From assembly GCA_017507805.1 (NCBI GenBank), contig JAFWAC010000001.1, positions 23,695 through 87,694 on the forward strand: a DNA stretch of 64,000 nucleotides, read 5' to 3'. The notes beneath the pieces are model-generated. The model was given only the letters and a program-made list of their open reading frames with translations. It was not told the DNA's origin and did no database searches. Shown here piece after piece: positions 34,735-43,572 of the stretch (position 1 is the stretch's first letter; every line of letters begins with the position of its first letter). Source of the DNA: Clostridia bacterium (GTDB taxonomy: Bacteria; Bacillota; Clostridia; Oscillospirales; Acutalibacteraceae). Position numbers and translations under genes: made by a program.

Positions 34735-35439
34735 TTACTTTACTATTGTGCCGATAGTTTCGCCTGTCATTGCGGCAACGATATTATCGGGATTTTCAAG
34801 ATTAAACACAAGTATCTCAATACCGTTATCCATACAAAGGGAAGCGGCGGTGCTGTCCATAACATGAAGTCCCTGCTTGAGCACCTCAAGATGCGAAAGG
34901 GTGTCATACTTCTTTGCGTCGGGATTAAGCTTGGGGTCGCTGTCATAAACACCGTCAACATTGGTTGCCTTAAAGATAACATCTGCGCCGATTTCTGCCG
35001 CGCGCAATGCCGCCGCAGTGTCGGTCGAGAAAAAGGGATTTCCCGTTCCGCAGCCGAAAATCACAACTCTGCCCTTTTCGAGATGCCTTACTGCCTTATT
35101 GCGGATATAAAGCTCTGCAATCTGGCGCATTTCGATAGCAGTCTGCACCCTTGCGGTAACACCCAACTGCTCAAGCGCATCGGCTAAAGCCAGAGAGTTT
35201 ATAGAGGTTGCCAGCATTCCCATGTGGTCAGCCCTTGTTCTGTCCATCTTGCCGCTTGAACGACCGCGCCAGAAATTGCCGCCGCCAACCACGATTGCAA
35301 CCTGAACGCCCATTTCCACGCAGGTTTTAATCCTTTCACAGACGCTTAATACCTTATCAAAATCAATGCCTGAGCCTTTTTCGCCGGCAAGCACCTCGCC
35401 GCTGAGCTTAAGCAACACCCTTTTATAAACAGGTTTCAC
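34735..35439 (-). CDS. pyrH: UMP kinase
   Basis: [15 protein letters not shown]-terminus. Start placed at the GTG at 35439 (GAGGGG RBS 8 nt upstream); the ORF is open to 35448. Confidence 0.95.
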   Translation of the reverse strand: MKPVYKRVLLKLSGEVLAGEKGSGIDFDKVLSVCERIKTCVEMGVQVAIVVGGGNFWRGRSSGKMDRTRADHMGMLATSINSLALADALEQLGVTARVQTAIEMRQIAELYIRNKAVRHLEKGRVVIFGCGTGNPFFSTDTAAALRAAEIGADVIFKATNVDGVYDSDPKLNPDAKKYDTLSHLEVLKQGLHVMDSTAASLCMDNGIEILVFNLENPDNIVAAMTGETIGTIVK

Positions 35440-35477
35440 AAGCCACACCCCTCAAAATTTTATTCATATCTAATCAT

Positions 35478-35506
35478 ATTTTACCTTAAACTGTCTGCAA
35501 AGTCAA
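35478..35506 (-). promoter_or_regulatory. sigmaA-type promoter of pyrH operon
   Basis: Minus strand TTGACT (35506..35501), 17 nt, TAAAAT (35483..35478). Confidence 0.5.
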
Positions 35507-35593
35507 TCAAATTATATATAAGTTTTTCATACTGCCGCTTTTAGCTTTTCCGTTCCAACCCATCACCGCATTTTACTCGATTTAGGGAGTGTT

Positions 35594-35883
35594 AAATTAT
35601 AGTTTAGCGGGGTGCCCCCGCGGTCATTCCGCCTTTTTATTCTGCAAAATTACAACACGATACCCCGATGGCGTAAACACATATAAATTATAGTAGGGGA
35701 CGATGGGTCTCGTTGCGGCTCGGTCACTTTTTGGCTCTGACAGTCCACCGGACTGTCATTCACTACCAAAAAGCCGCTTCGCTACCCACATCGTCCCGCT
35801 TGGTTTCTGCAAATTCTGGCGGGACGATGTGGGCATCGTCCCCTACAAAATGTCAATTTAATTAGTGCGCTAAACTATAATTT
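35594..35883. mobile_element. composite MITE-like mosaic bounded by perfect 16-nt inverted termini
   Basis: AAATTATAGTTTAGCG at 35594..35609 and CGCTAAACTATAATTT at 35868..35883. The interior holds module M (35607..35692, ending in AAATTATAGT) and palindrome P2-a. Confidence 0.7.
35693..35846. repeat. GTAGGGGAC...GTCCCCTAC palindrome P2-a, left arm split by a 79-nt nested palindromic insertion (35706..35784)
   Basis: Apart from the insertion, the arms match the perfect copy at 57402..57476. The loop is in the inverted orientation with one base difference. Confidence 0.8.
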
Positions 35884-36035
35884 GTTTTTTGCTTCGCCGT
35901 CACATACTGTGTTTTTGCCGAAGGCTTAAATGCAAAACAGCAATATTTCTAAAGTTTTTGTCAATAAAACCTATTGATTTACGGGGGATATAGCATTAAA
36001 ATTAAAATAAAATAATTTTAAAGGGAGTGCTTGTT

Positions 36036-37124
36036 ATGCCGGTCAGAGAAAAATCCTTCAGAATTGGCTGTGGCAGATATCTGCAGGAGCCGGGTATTCT
36101 TAAAGCTTGCGGAGAGGAGATTTTAAGGCTGGGAAATTCTCCGCTTATTGTCGGGGGTAAAACCGCCCTTGAGCTGACACGCAGCTACATTGAGCAAAGT
36201 GTTGCCGCCGTCTGCAAAAAATATGAAATAACCGAGCATTGCGGCACCTGTAACGAGGAGCGCGCCTCGGAGCTTGCGACTTATGCAAGGAAAAACGGGT
36301 TTAATGTGATTGTAGGTGTCGGAGGCGGAGTTTTAATGGATTTTGCCAAGCTTACAGGCGATTTTGCAGAGCTTCCCGTTATCAACATTCCAACCTCCTC
36401 TGCCACCTGTGCGGCATACACTCCGCTTAGCGTGCGCTATACAACGGACGGCAGAACGGTGGGAAGCCGCCATTTCGGTTATGAGGTTTCAGGTGTTCTG
36501 GTTGATACGGAAATTTTGGTACATCAGCCGACAAGGCTGTTGCTTTCGGGTGTGTTTGATGCCCTTGCCAAGTTTGTTGAAATAAAGCAACGGTTTAACG
36601 AAAGCACCTGCGAATATCCCTTAGGGCTTGATTGGGCTTATGTTCTTGCAAAAAGGTCATTTGATGAGCTTGTAAGCAAAACCGAAAAATGCATAGAGGA
36701 TATGGCGAAAGGTAAGTGCACAGACACGGTTGAGCAGATTACCTTCACCAACATTGCCGCAACGGGTGTTATAAGCGGAATTGCCAGAGGCTCCAATCAA
36801 TGTGCTTTGGCGCACAAGTTTTATGAGGGTACACGCGCAATGTTTTTCGAGCAAAGCCGCAGTTATCTCCACGGTGAAATAGTGGGTATTGGACTGCTTT
36901 TGCAGAATTTCTTTAACGGCGAAACCCAAAACAATGAATTTCTTTTGTCGCTGATGAGAAAGTACGGTATGCCCTGCTGTCTTTCGGATATCGGCATTGA
37001 GCCGACAGCCGAGGCATTGGAGCTTTACTTTGAACGGCTTAAGGGCGGCAGTGCCATAGATGAAAACAACCCCGAGGAGACGGCTTTGCTCCGAAAGGGC
37101 TTGGAATATTTGTGGAGCATATAA
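36036..37124 (+). CDS. iron-containing alcohol/glycerol dehydrogenase-family oxidoreductase
   Basis: 362 aa from the ATG at 36036 (AAAGGGAG RBS). GVGGGVLMDFAK nucleotide-binding motif. His-rich metal site region (HKFYE..HGE). Confidence 0.85.
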   Translation: MPVREKSFRIGCGRYLQEPGILKACGEEILRLGNSPLIVGGKTALELTRSYIEQSVAAVCKKYEITEHCGTCNEERASELATYARKNGFNVIVGVGGGVLMDFAKLTGDFAELPVINIPTSSATCAAYTPLSVRYTTDGRTVGSRHFGYEVSGVLVDTEILVHQPTRLLLSGVFDALAKFVEIKQRFNESTCEYPLGLDWAYVLAKRSFDELVSKTEKCIEDMAKGKCTDTVEQITFTNIAATGVISGIARGSNQCALAHKFYEGTRAMFFEQSRSYLHGEIVGIGLLLQNFFNGETQNNEFLLSLMRKYGMPCCLSDIGIEPTAEALELYFERLKGGSAIDENNPEETALLRKGLEYLWSI

Positions 37125-37135
37125 GGAGCAGGGTT

Positions 37136-37786
37136 ATGCAACAGACAATTGACAGTATTTTAAAGGAAAAGCTGATTGTTATTGTGAGGGGTGTTGCCCG
37201 CGAAAAGCTTATCCCCTTTGCGGAGGCGGTTTACAGGGGCGGCGTCCGTCTTTTGGAATGCACATACGATGCTTGCGGTAATACGCCTGATGAGGAAATT
37301 GCCTCAAACATACAAATGCTTTGCGAGCATTTTGATGGCAGAATGTTAATAGGTGCCGGCACGGTGCTTACCGAGCATCAGGTTGAGCTTACCAAAAAGG
37401 CAGGCGGCAGATTTATTATTTCGCCCGACACAAATCCTGCCGTTATCGCAAGGACAAAGAAGGAGGGCTTGGTTTCAATACCCGGCGCTCTCACCCCCAC
37501 AGAAGTTTCTGCGGCACACAATGCCGGTGCGGATTTTGTGAAGCTTTTTCCCGTGGGGATTTTCGGCGCAAAATATATTAAGGACATCAAAGCACCGCTT
37601 TCACATATCCGTTTTCTGGCTGTGGGCGGTGTGGGCAGTGATAATATGAAGGAATATTTCGATTGCGGTGCCTGCGGTATCGGTGTGGGGTCAAGCATAG
37701 TAAATCACAGTCTTTTGGCGCAAAATGATTTTGCGGCGATTGAGGCTTGTGCGCGTAAATATACAGATTGTATAAGGGGACTTTGA
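37136..37786 (+). CDS. eda: KHG/KDPG aldolase (4-hydroxy-2-oxoglutarate / 2-dehydro-3-deoxyphosphogluconate aldolase family)
   Basis: 216 aa from the ATG at 37136 (AAGGAG RBS). Class I aldolase Lys in ADFVKLFPV. Eda family length. Confidence 0.85.
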   Translation: MQQTIDSILKEKLIVIVRGVAREKLIPFAEAVYRGGVRLLECTYDACGNTPDEEIASNIQMLCEHFDGRMLIGAGTVLTEHQVELTKKAGGRFIISPDTNPAVIARTKKEGLVSIPGALTPTEVSAAHNAGADFVKLFPVGIFGAKYIKDIKAPLSHIRFLAVGGVGSDNMKEYFDCGACGIGVGSSIVNHSLLAQNDFAAIEACARKYTDCIRGL

Positions 37787-37787
37787 A

Positions 37788-38939
37788 ATGAAGGATTTTA
37801 ATAAGCTTTGCGAGGTTATCGACAGCCTTGAGGAGGAGTTTATAAAGGTTTGGGTGGATGTGTGTAACATCGAAAGCCCGACAGAATGTAAAGCAGGGGT
37901 AGATGCGGTTGGCAGATATTTTGCCGAGAAATCCCAAAAAAACGGCTGGCAGGTTGAAATTTTTGAACAGCCGGTTTCGGGCAACTGCGTTTGCATTACA
38001 ATGAACCCAAATTCCTGCAATCAGCCGATAACCCTTTCGGGGCATATTGACACGGTGCATCCTGTCGGTTCCTTCGGAACACCTGCCGTCCGTCTTGATG
38101 AAAAGTATATTTACGGGCCGGGAGTTACCGATTGCAAGGGCGGAACGGTTGCGGCACTGCTTGCTATGACCGCGCTCGGTAAAATCGGCTTTGATACCCG
38201 TCCTGTGAGGCTGATTTTGCAAAGTGACGAGGAAGCCGGCAGTATTTACAGCAATAAAAAAACAATAGAATACATCTGCCGCAAAGCAGAGGATTCCATT
38301 GCATTCTTAAACTGCGAAAGCACGCGCGGCAACACTGCGGTTTTGTGGCGCAAGGGTATTTGCAGATATAATTTTGACATTACCGGAAAAACAATTCACG
38401 CTTCCCGTTGTGCCGAGGGGGCAAGCGCAATAGCCGAAGCGGCACATAAAATATTGGCTCTTGAAGGCTTTAAGGACCCCGATGGCATCACCTGCAATTG
38501 CGGACTTATAAGCGGAGGAACTGCGGCAAACTCTGTGCCGGAGCATTGCTCCTTTACCGCCGAGATACGCTTTAATACCAACGAGGAGTGGGAACGGGCA
38601 GATAAATTTATAAAAGAGGTAGCCCAAAGGACTTACATACCCGGCACCGAGTGCAGTCTTACCAAAACAACCAGCCGTTCGATGATGGAAAAATGCGAAC
38701 GGAATTTTGAATTACTTGAACGGCTCAACAAAATTTATGCCGAAAACGGTATGCCCACACTTACCGCAAGGCAAAGCCTCGGCGGCTCTGACGCGGCAGA
38801 GGTCACGGTACACGGTATTCCTTGTATAGATTCTATCGGTGTTGCAGGGGACAGAATTCATAGCCCCGAGGAATACGGGGTGTTAGCCTCCCTTACAGAG
38901 GCGGCAAAGCGAATTGCCGCCGCGTGTTATTTTATTTAG
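37788..38939 (+). CDS. M20-family metallohydrolase (carboxypeptidase G2/ArgE/DapE-like)
   Basis: 383 aa. Metal ligand motifs GHIDTVHP, GPGVTDCKGG, SDEEAGS. Confidence 0.85.
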   Translation: MKDFNKLCEVIDSLEEEFIKVWVDVCNIESPTECKAGVDAVGRYFAEKSQKNGWQVEIFEQPVSGNCVCITMNPNSCNQPITLSGHIDTVHPVGSFGTPAVRLDEKYIYGPGVTDCKGGTVAALLAMTALGKIGFDTRPVRLILQSDEEAGSIYSNKKTIEYICRKAEDSIAFLNCESTRGNTAVLWRKGICRYNFDITGKTIHASRCAEGASAIAEAAHKILALEGFKDPDGITCNCGLISGGTAANSVPEHCSFTAEIRFNTNEEWERADKFIKEVAQRTYIPGTECSLTKTTSRSMMEKCERNFELLERLNKIYAENGMPTLTARQSLGGSDAAEVTVHGIPCIDSIGVAGDRIHSPEEYGVLASLTEAAKRIAAACYFI

Positions 38940-38959
38940 TGTGACAGGTTCGGCTCCTG

Positions 38960-40135
38960 TCACACCTTAAGCTCACTCAAAAATTCACCCATTCGTTTAA
39001 GGGCTTCGGTTATGTGCTCAACCGAGTAGCAGTATGACGCGCGGATAAAGCCCTCGCCGCTGTCACCGAAGGCGGTACCGGGAACAACCGCAACCTTTTT
39101 GGAATAAAGCAATCTTTCGCAAAATTCCTCACTGCTCATTCCGGTAGCCTTGATGGACGGAAAGGCATAAAAAGCGCCTTTCGGCTCACGGCAGGTAAGT
39201 CCGATTTTATTAAAGCCTGCAACCATCATTCTGCGGCGCATATTATATTCCTTAAGCATAACCGCAACCTCATCATCACAGTTTTTCAGCGCCTCTATTG
39301 CGGCATACTGCGAGGTTGTGGGTGCGCACATAATGGCATATTGGTGAATTTTAAGAAGCTGGCTCATTATTTCCTTTGGTCCGCACGCAAAGCCCAAGCG
39401 CCAACCGGTCATGGAAAATGCCTTTGAAAAGCCGTTGATTGTTACGGTTCTTTCGCGCATACCCTCGACCGAGGCGGTGGCTGCGTGCGGATTTTTTCCG
39501 AATGTGAGCTCGGCATATATCTCGTCCGACAAGATAAGGATATTTGTATCCTTTATCACCTCGTAAAGCGCGGCAATATCCTCTTTTTCCATTATAGCGC
39601 CTGTCGGGTTACAGGGGTAGGGCAGGATGAGAAGCTTTGTGCGGTCGGTTATAGCGGCTTCAAGCTCCTGCGGAGTGACCTTGAAATCGTTTTCTGCCTT
39701 TGTGTTTATAATCACCGGCGTGCCGCCTGCAAGACGGGTCATCGGCTCGTAGCAGACATAGCTCGGCTGGGGGATAATAACCTCGTCCCCCTGTGAAACT
39801 GTGGCGCGGATGCAGGCATCAATGGCTTCACTGCCGCCCACGGTAACCACAATTTCGTTATCAGGGCAGTAGTTAAGACCGAATTTGCGCTCCATATAGG
39901 TTGAAATTTCGCACAAAAGGGGATAAAGACCTGTGTTTGAGGTGTATTTCGTTTTGCCGTTTTGCAGGGAATTAATACCTGCCTTGCGAATCTGCCAGGG
40001 GGTTTGGAAATCGGGCTCACCCACACCGAGAGAAATTACCCCCTCCATTGTGGCGGCAATATCGAAAAATTTCCGTATACCCGAGGGCTTGATTTCGGTT
40101 ACGGTTTTGTTCAAAACCTTGGAATAATCTATCAT
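38960..40135 (-). CDS. class I/II PLP-dependent aminotransferase
   Basis: 391 aa. NPTG and SKAFSMTGWRLG (PLP lysine) motifs. Confidence 0.92.
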   Translation of the reverse strand: MIDYSKVLNKTVTEIKPSGIRKFFDIAATMEGVISLGVGEPDFQTPWQIRKAGINSLQNGKTKYTSNTGLYPLLCEISTYMERKFGLNYCPDNEIVVTVGGSEAIDACIRATVSQGDEVIIPQPSYVCYEPMTRLAGGTPVIINTKAENDFKVTPQELEAAITDRTKLLILPYPCNPTGAIMEKEDIAALYEVIKDTNILILSDEIYAELTFGKNPHAATASVEGMRERTVTINGFSKAFSMTGWRLGFACGPKEIMSQLLKIHQYAIMCAPTTSQYAAIEALKNCDDEVAVMLKEYNMRRRMMVAGFNKIGLTCREPKGAFYAFPSIKATGMSSEEFCERLLYSKKVAVVPGTAFGDSGEGFIRASYCYSVEHITEALKRMGEFLSELKV

Positions 40136-40614
40136 ATCCAGAGCTGCCCCCTGTCATCCTCGTCCATTGACACAAGCTCAACATCCATTTCCTTGTATCT
40201 GCGCATAACGAAATGGGTTGTGGTGGAGGTCACAGAGTCAATGGTGGCAAGCTCCTTTGCAACAAACCACGCAATATCCTTAAGGGTTTTGCCCTTTACC
40301 ACAACATTCAGGTCATAAACACCCGACATCAGGTAAACCGACTCAACCTCGGGGTATTTCATAATCTTTTTGGCAACCTCCTCAAAGCCCAAGCCTGCCT
40401 TGGGAACAACATTAAGCTCAATTATTGCCGAAACATAAGCACCGTCCAGCTTGTCCCAATCGACCAAAGCCTTGTAGCCGCGAAGCAGTCCGTCCTTTTC
40501 AAGCTCCTTTATGGAGGAGGTGACCTCCGCCTCGGTTATTGCAAGCATTGTTGCGATTTCTTCTGTGGTGTAGCGCGCATTGCGGGCTAAAAGCTTGAGT
40601 ATTTCGTATTTCAT
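40132..40614 (-). CDS. Lrp/AsnC-family transcriptional regulator
   Basis: 160 aa. N-terminal HTH (ILKLLARNARYTTEEIA) and RAM domain. Overlaps the aminotransferase start. Confidence 0.9.
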   Translation of the reverse strand: MKYEILKLLARNARYTTEEIATMLAITEAEVTSSIKELEKDGLLRGYKALVDWDKLDGAYVSAIIELNVVPKAGLGFEEVAKKIMKYPEVESVYLMSGVYDLNVVVKGKTLKDIAWFVAKELATIDSVTSTTTHFVMRRYKEMDVELVSMDEDDRGQLWI

Positions 40615-40630
40615 AATTAAAACTCCTTTT

Positions 40631-40853
40631 TAAAAAAATAACGCCCTGAAAAAATTTCAGGACGAATAAAAATCCGTGGTACCACCCGATTTCGGGAAAA
40701 TCCCGCACTCAAAACCCGTAACGAGGGTGACGGCAATCCCTTTCGGGCGCAGCTGAGGAAAGAGCTTCACAGGGCTTTAAAGGTGGATTTTCACCGGCCA
40801 TCCACTCTCTTGACACTTAAAACCGAGCTACTTATTTTCCCTTATCGCTTTTA
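40631..40853 (-). promoter_or_regulatory. T-box leader (tRNA-sensing riboswitch), probable Ala (GCU) specifier
   Basis: Minus strand has AGTA S-turn, AGAGAG, GGTGAAAA distal loop, T-box sequence AATCGGGTGGTACCACGG and terminator CGTCCTGAAATTTTTTCAGGGCG + T-run. GAA-GCU-C lies in the specifier position (codon at 40765..40763). Confidence 0.8.
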
Positions 40854-40860
40854 CAAATTA

Positions 40861-40889
40861 ATCATACTATTTTTTAAGGTATATGTCAA
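40861..40889 (-). promoter_or_regulatory. sigmaA-type promoter of the T-box operon
   Basis: Minus strand TTGACA (40889..40884), 17 nt, TATGAT (40866..40861). Confidence 0.55.
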
Positions 40890-40980
40890 GCAAAAAAATA
40901 ATCCGATAAACAGTATTAACCATTGACTTGCGGGCAATTTAGTATTAAAATAATGATATAAAAATTTTAGGAGTATAGTT

Positions 40981-41289
40981 ATGAGCGAAGAAATCAAAAA
41001 GGATTATGACCCCGATTTAATTACACTTACAGATGATGAGGGCAAGGAGTACACCTTCGAGGTGCTTGATGCTATCGAAACCGACACCGGCAGATACCTT
41101 GCAATGCTTCCCACCTTTGACGATCCTCAAAAAATGCTTGAGGACAGCGGCGAGCTTGTAATCGTTAAGGTTGAGGAAGAGGACGGCGAGGAGTATTACT
41201 GCGAAATCGAGGATGACGATGAGTATGAAACCGTTGCTGATGCATTTATTAACCGCCTTCAGGATTTTTTTGAGATAGAAGACAAATAA
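40981..41289 (+). CDS. DUF1292-family protein
   Basis: 102 aa, acidic. DDEGKEYTFEVLD...YLAML pattern typical of DUF1292. Confidence 0.8.
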   Translation: MSEEIKKDYDPDLITLTDDEGKEYTFEVLDAIETDTGRYLAMLPTFDDPQKMLEDSGELVIVKVEEEDGEEYYCEIEDDDEYETVADAFINRLQDFFEIEDK

Positions 41290-41310
41290 TATAAATAAAT
41301 ATCAAAATTT

Positions 41311-41516
41311 TTGTCCTGCGCTGTTCGCGGACCGTGACTTATATAACCCTACAACCTTTTTAAAAGGGACCACAGCTCGTACGGCGGGCTTGCAGACCTC
41401 CCGCGGCGGTGCCGAGTTCGGAAGAAGGGAGCGCGAAGCCGTACGGCCGGTACCCACCTGGCTTACGCTAGGTTATCTTAAGCACATTACGGCAGCGCGG
41501 GACACTCGTGTTTTTT
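41311..41516 (+). ncRNA. ffs: signal recognition particle RNA (SRP/scRNA)
   Basis: Closing helix GTCCTGCGCTG / CAGCGCGGGAC. Domain IV-like GAGTTC-GGAA-GAAGGGAGCGC resembles CAGGUCC-GGAA-GGAAGCAGC. Long helix CGTACGGC../..GCCGTACG. T-run at the 3' end. Confidence 0.7.
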
Positions 41517-41568
41517 GGGGAAAATGGAACAGCCCAAAAGAAAGAAAACCCGATTAGAAAAGGTAAAA

Positions 41569-42258
41569 ATGAAAGACAGTATAACACTTAACATAATTGC
41601 AAAAATAAAAACCGATTTTCCCACCAAGTTCGGAATACCCCGTCAAAGCGGTATAATACCCGAGCTTAAAGGAAAAATCGTATTTGAACCGGAATACCGC
41701 AACCCTGAGGCCCTGCGCGGACTTGAGGGTTTTTCGCATTTATGGCTTTTGTGGAAATTTTCCGAGGCTGTGTCAGAAGCCTGGTCGCCCACAGTGCGCC
41801 CTCCAAGGCTTGGCGGCAACCGCCGTATGGGTGTGTTTGCCACCCGTTCGCCCTTCAGACCAAATCCGATTGGGCTTTCCTCGGTCAAAATTGAGGACAT
41901 TATCCACGGCACACCCGAGGGTACGGTTATTGTGGTTTCGGGAGCCGACCTTCTGGACGGCACTCCGATATATGATATAAAGCCTTATATTGCTTATACC
42001 GACAGCCACCCTGACGCGGTTGGCGGTTTTTCGCAGGCTGTAATGGAAAATTCACTGCAGGTGGTCTTTGAAGGGGGAGCCGAGCAAGGCTTGCCGCAAG
42101 AAATTCTCCTGCCTCTCAGGAAAATACTTGAAAATGACCCCCGTCCCGGCTACCAACGGGACAGCGAGCGCATATATTCCTTTGAATTTTCGGGGTATAG
42201 AATCAAATTCAAGGCTGATGACCTGAACCTGACGGTCATTTCGGCAGAAAAAATGTAA
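41569..42258 (+). CDS. trmO: tRNA (N6-threonylcarbamoyladenosine(37)-N6)-methyltransferase TrmO (TsaA/YaeB family)
   Basis: FGIPRQSG, GFSHLWLLWKF, RSPFRPNPIG motifs. Start chosen at MKDSITLN (41569); alternative ATG at 41524. Confidence 0.88.
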   Translation: MKDSITLNIIAKIKTDFPTKFGIPRQSGIIPELKGKIVFEPEYRNPEALRGLEGFSHLWLLWKFSEAVSEAWSPTVRPPRLGGNRRMGVFATRSPFRPNPIGLSSVKIEDIIHGTPEGTVIVVSGADLLDGTPIYDIKPYIAYTDSHPDAVGGFSQAVMENSLQVVFEGGAEQGLPQEILLPLRKILENDPRPGYQRDSERIYSFEFSGYRIKFKADDLNLTVISAEKM

Positions 42259-42282
42259 AATTTTAAAAATGAAAAAATTACA

Positions 42283-42355
42283 GTAGGGACAGACGTCCCC
42301 GACTGTCCGTTGATTCAGATGTGTTTTACGGACAGTCGGGGATGCCTGTCCCTAC
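42283..42355. repeat. GTAGGG...CCCTAC palindrome P1-b (27-bp arms, ~19-nt loop)
   Basis: GTAGGGACAGACGTCCCCGACTGTCCG ... CGGACAGTCGGGGATGCCTGTCCCTAC between convergent trmO and the DD-carboxypeptidase gene. Confidence 0.85.
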
Positions 42356-42385
42356 ATTTATTCTTTTAGATACCGAAATTCAAAT

Positions 42386-43501
42386 TCAGGAAGCAAAGCT
42401 TTTGTAAAGGTCAATCTGACCGTAAAAAGCGGGCCAACGCGCTGAATTTGCCAAGGTCACAACAATATATTCGGTGCCGCTTGAGTTTGCCTTGCCAAAG
42501 GAAGCAATGCAATAGCCCGATTCATTCACAAAGCCGGTTTTACCGCCCAAAATGGTGGCGGTTTCGGGCTCTGTGCCGTACATATAACTGAAAAGTGTGC
42601 TTGAAAGCAGAATACCGTTCGGATTTTGGGGTGTTTGGGCGGTGGTGTGCTGATAGGATGAAAGCACCTGTCGGCAAAGGGGATTTTCCATCGCCGCCCT
42701 GAGAATTACCGCCATATCATAGGCGGAGGAATAGTTGTTTTCAGAATGAAGCCCCGTGACATTATCAAAACAGGTGTTTTCAAGCCCCAATTCCTCAACC
42801 CTTTTATTCATAAGCTTAACAAATGCCTTTTCACTGCCTGCAAGCTTTATTGCAATCCCCATTGCCGCATCTGCGCCCGAGGGCAGAATCGTTCCGTAAA
42901 GCAGGTCGTTAATGCTGACCTCCTCACCGTCCAGAAAGCCTGCAACCGAAGCCTCCGCAACATATAACGGATCGGTAATTTCGTAGGTCATGGTAAAGGT
43001 ATCGTTAAGGTCGGTAAGGGTTTCAGCCGCTACAAGCAGTGTCATTATCTTGGTGGTTGATGCCGGATATGCCCTTTGGTGGGGATTTCTCGCCGCAACA
43101 ACGGTATTGTTGTTGGAATTAACAATTATAGCGCATTTGGCATCGTTAGTGCTTAAAATATCGGGGGTTTCACCGCTTGGAAAGGTGAAATGGATTTCGG
43201 GAACCCTGTCCTCATTTTTGTCGGTAGTCTCTGCGCCACCTTTTTCGGAGCCATTTTCCTGCTTTTCTGCCTTGCCCTTAAAGCCTGAAGCCACAGCTGC
43301 CGAGGTTATTATAATAACCAGCCCCAGCATTATTGCAAGAACTGATTTTCGCAATCTTATAACCTTGTAAACACCGCGTTTTTGGGTGGTTTGAGCCTGC
43401 GGCTTTTGTTCGGCAGGGGAGGGATTTTCCCTCTTATCAAGCTGTTTTTCAAGGTTTTTGAAATATTCACCGTAATCCTTGTGATTAAACTCGTTAGACA
43501 T
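42386..43501 (-). CDS. D-alanyl-D-alanine carboxypeptidase (S11 family)
   Basis: 371 aa. N-terminal anchor. SxxK (ASTTK), SxN (SEN), KTG (GGKTGF). Confidence 0.9.
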   Translation of the reverse strand: MSNEFNHKDYGEYFKNLEKQLDKRENPSPAEQKPQAQTTQKRGVYKVIRLRKSVLAIMLGLVIIITSAAVASGFKGKAEKQENGSEKGGAETTDKNEDRVPEIHFTFPSGETPDILSTNDAKCAIIVNSNNNTVVAARNPHQRAYPASTTKIMTLLVAAETLTDLNDTFTMTYEITDPLYVAEASVAGFLDGEEVSINDLLYGTILPSGADAAMGIAIKLAGSEKAFVKLMNKRVEELGLENTCFDNVTGLHSENNYSSAYDMAVILRAAMENPLCRQVLSSYQHTTAQTPQNPNGILLSSTLFSYMYGTEPETATILGGKTGFVNESGYCIASFGKANSSGTEYIVVTLANSARWPAFYGQIDLYKSFAS

Positions 43502-43528
43502 TTATGCTCTCCGTTCGTGGAAATATCA

Positions 43529-43564
43529 TAAAAAATATGCAGGGTGGGTATTGCTCTACCCTGC
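43529..43564 (-). terminator. intrinsic terminator after the TPM gene
   Basis: Minus strand GCAGGGT..ACCCTGC hairpin followed by ATATTTTTTA. Confidence 0.5.
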
Positions 43565-43572
43565 AATAAATA

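Noticed and set aside
37587-38222. 211-aa minus-strand ORF (and 37691..38020).
   Set aside because: It is antisense to the eda/M20 genes, whose frames carry clear catalytic motifs. Its translation is Arg/His-rich and low-complexity.
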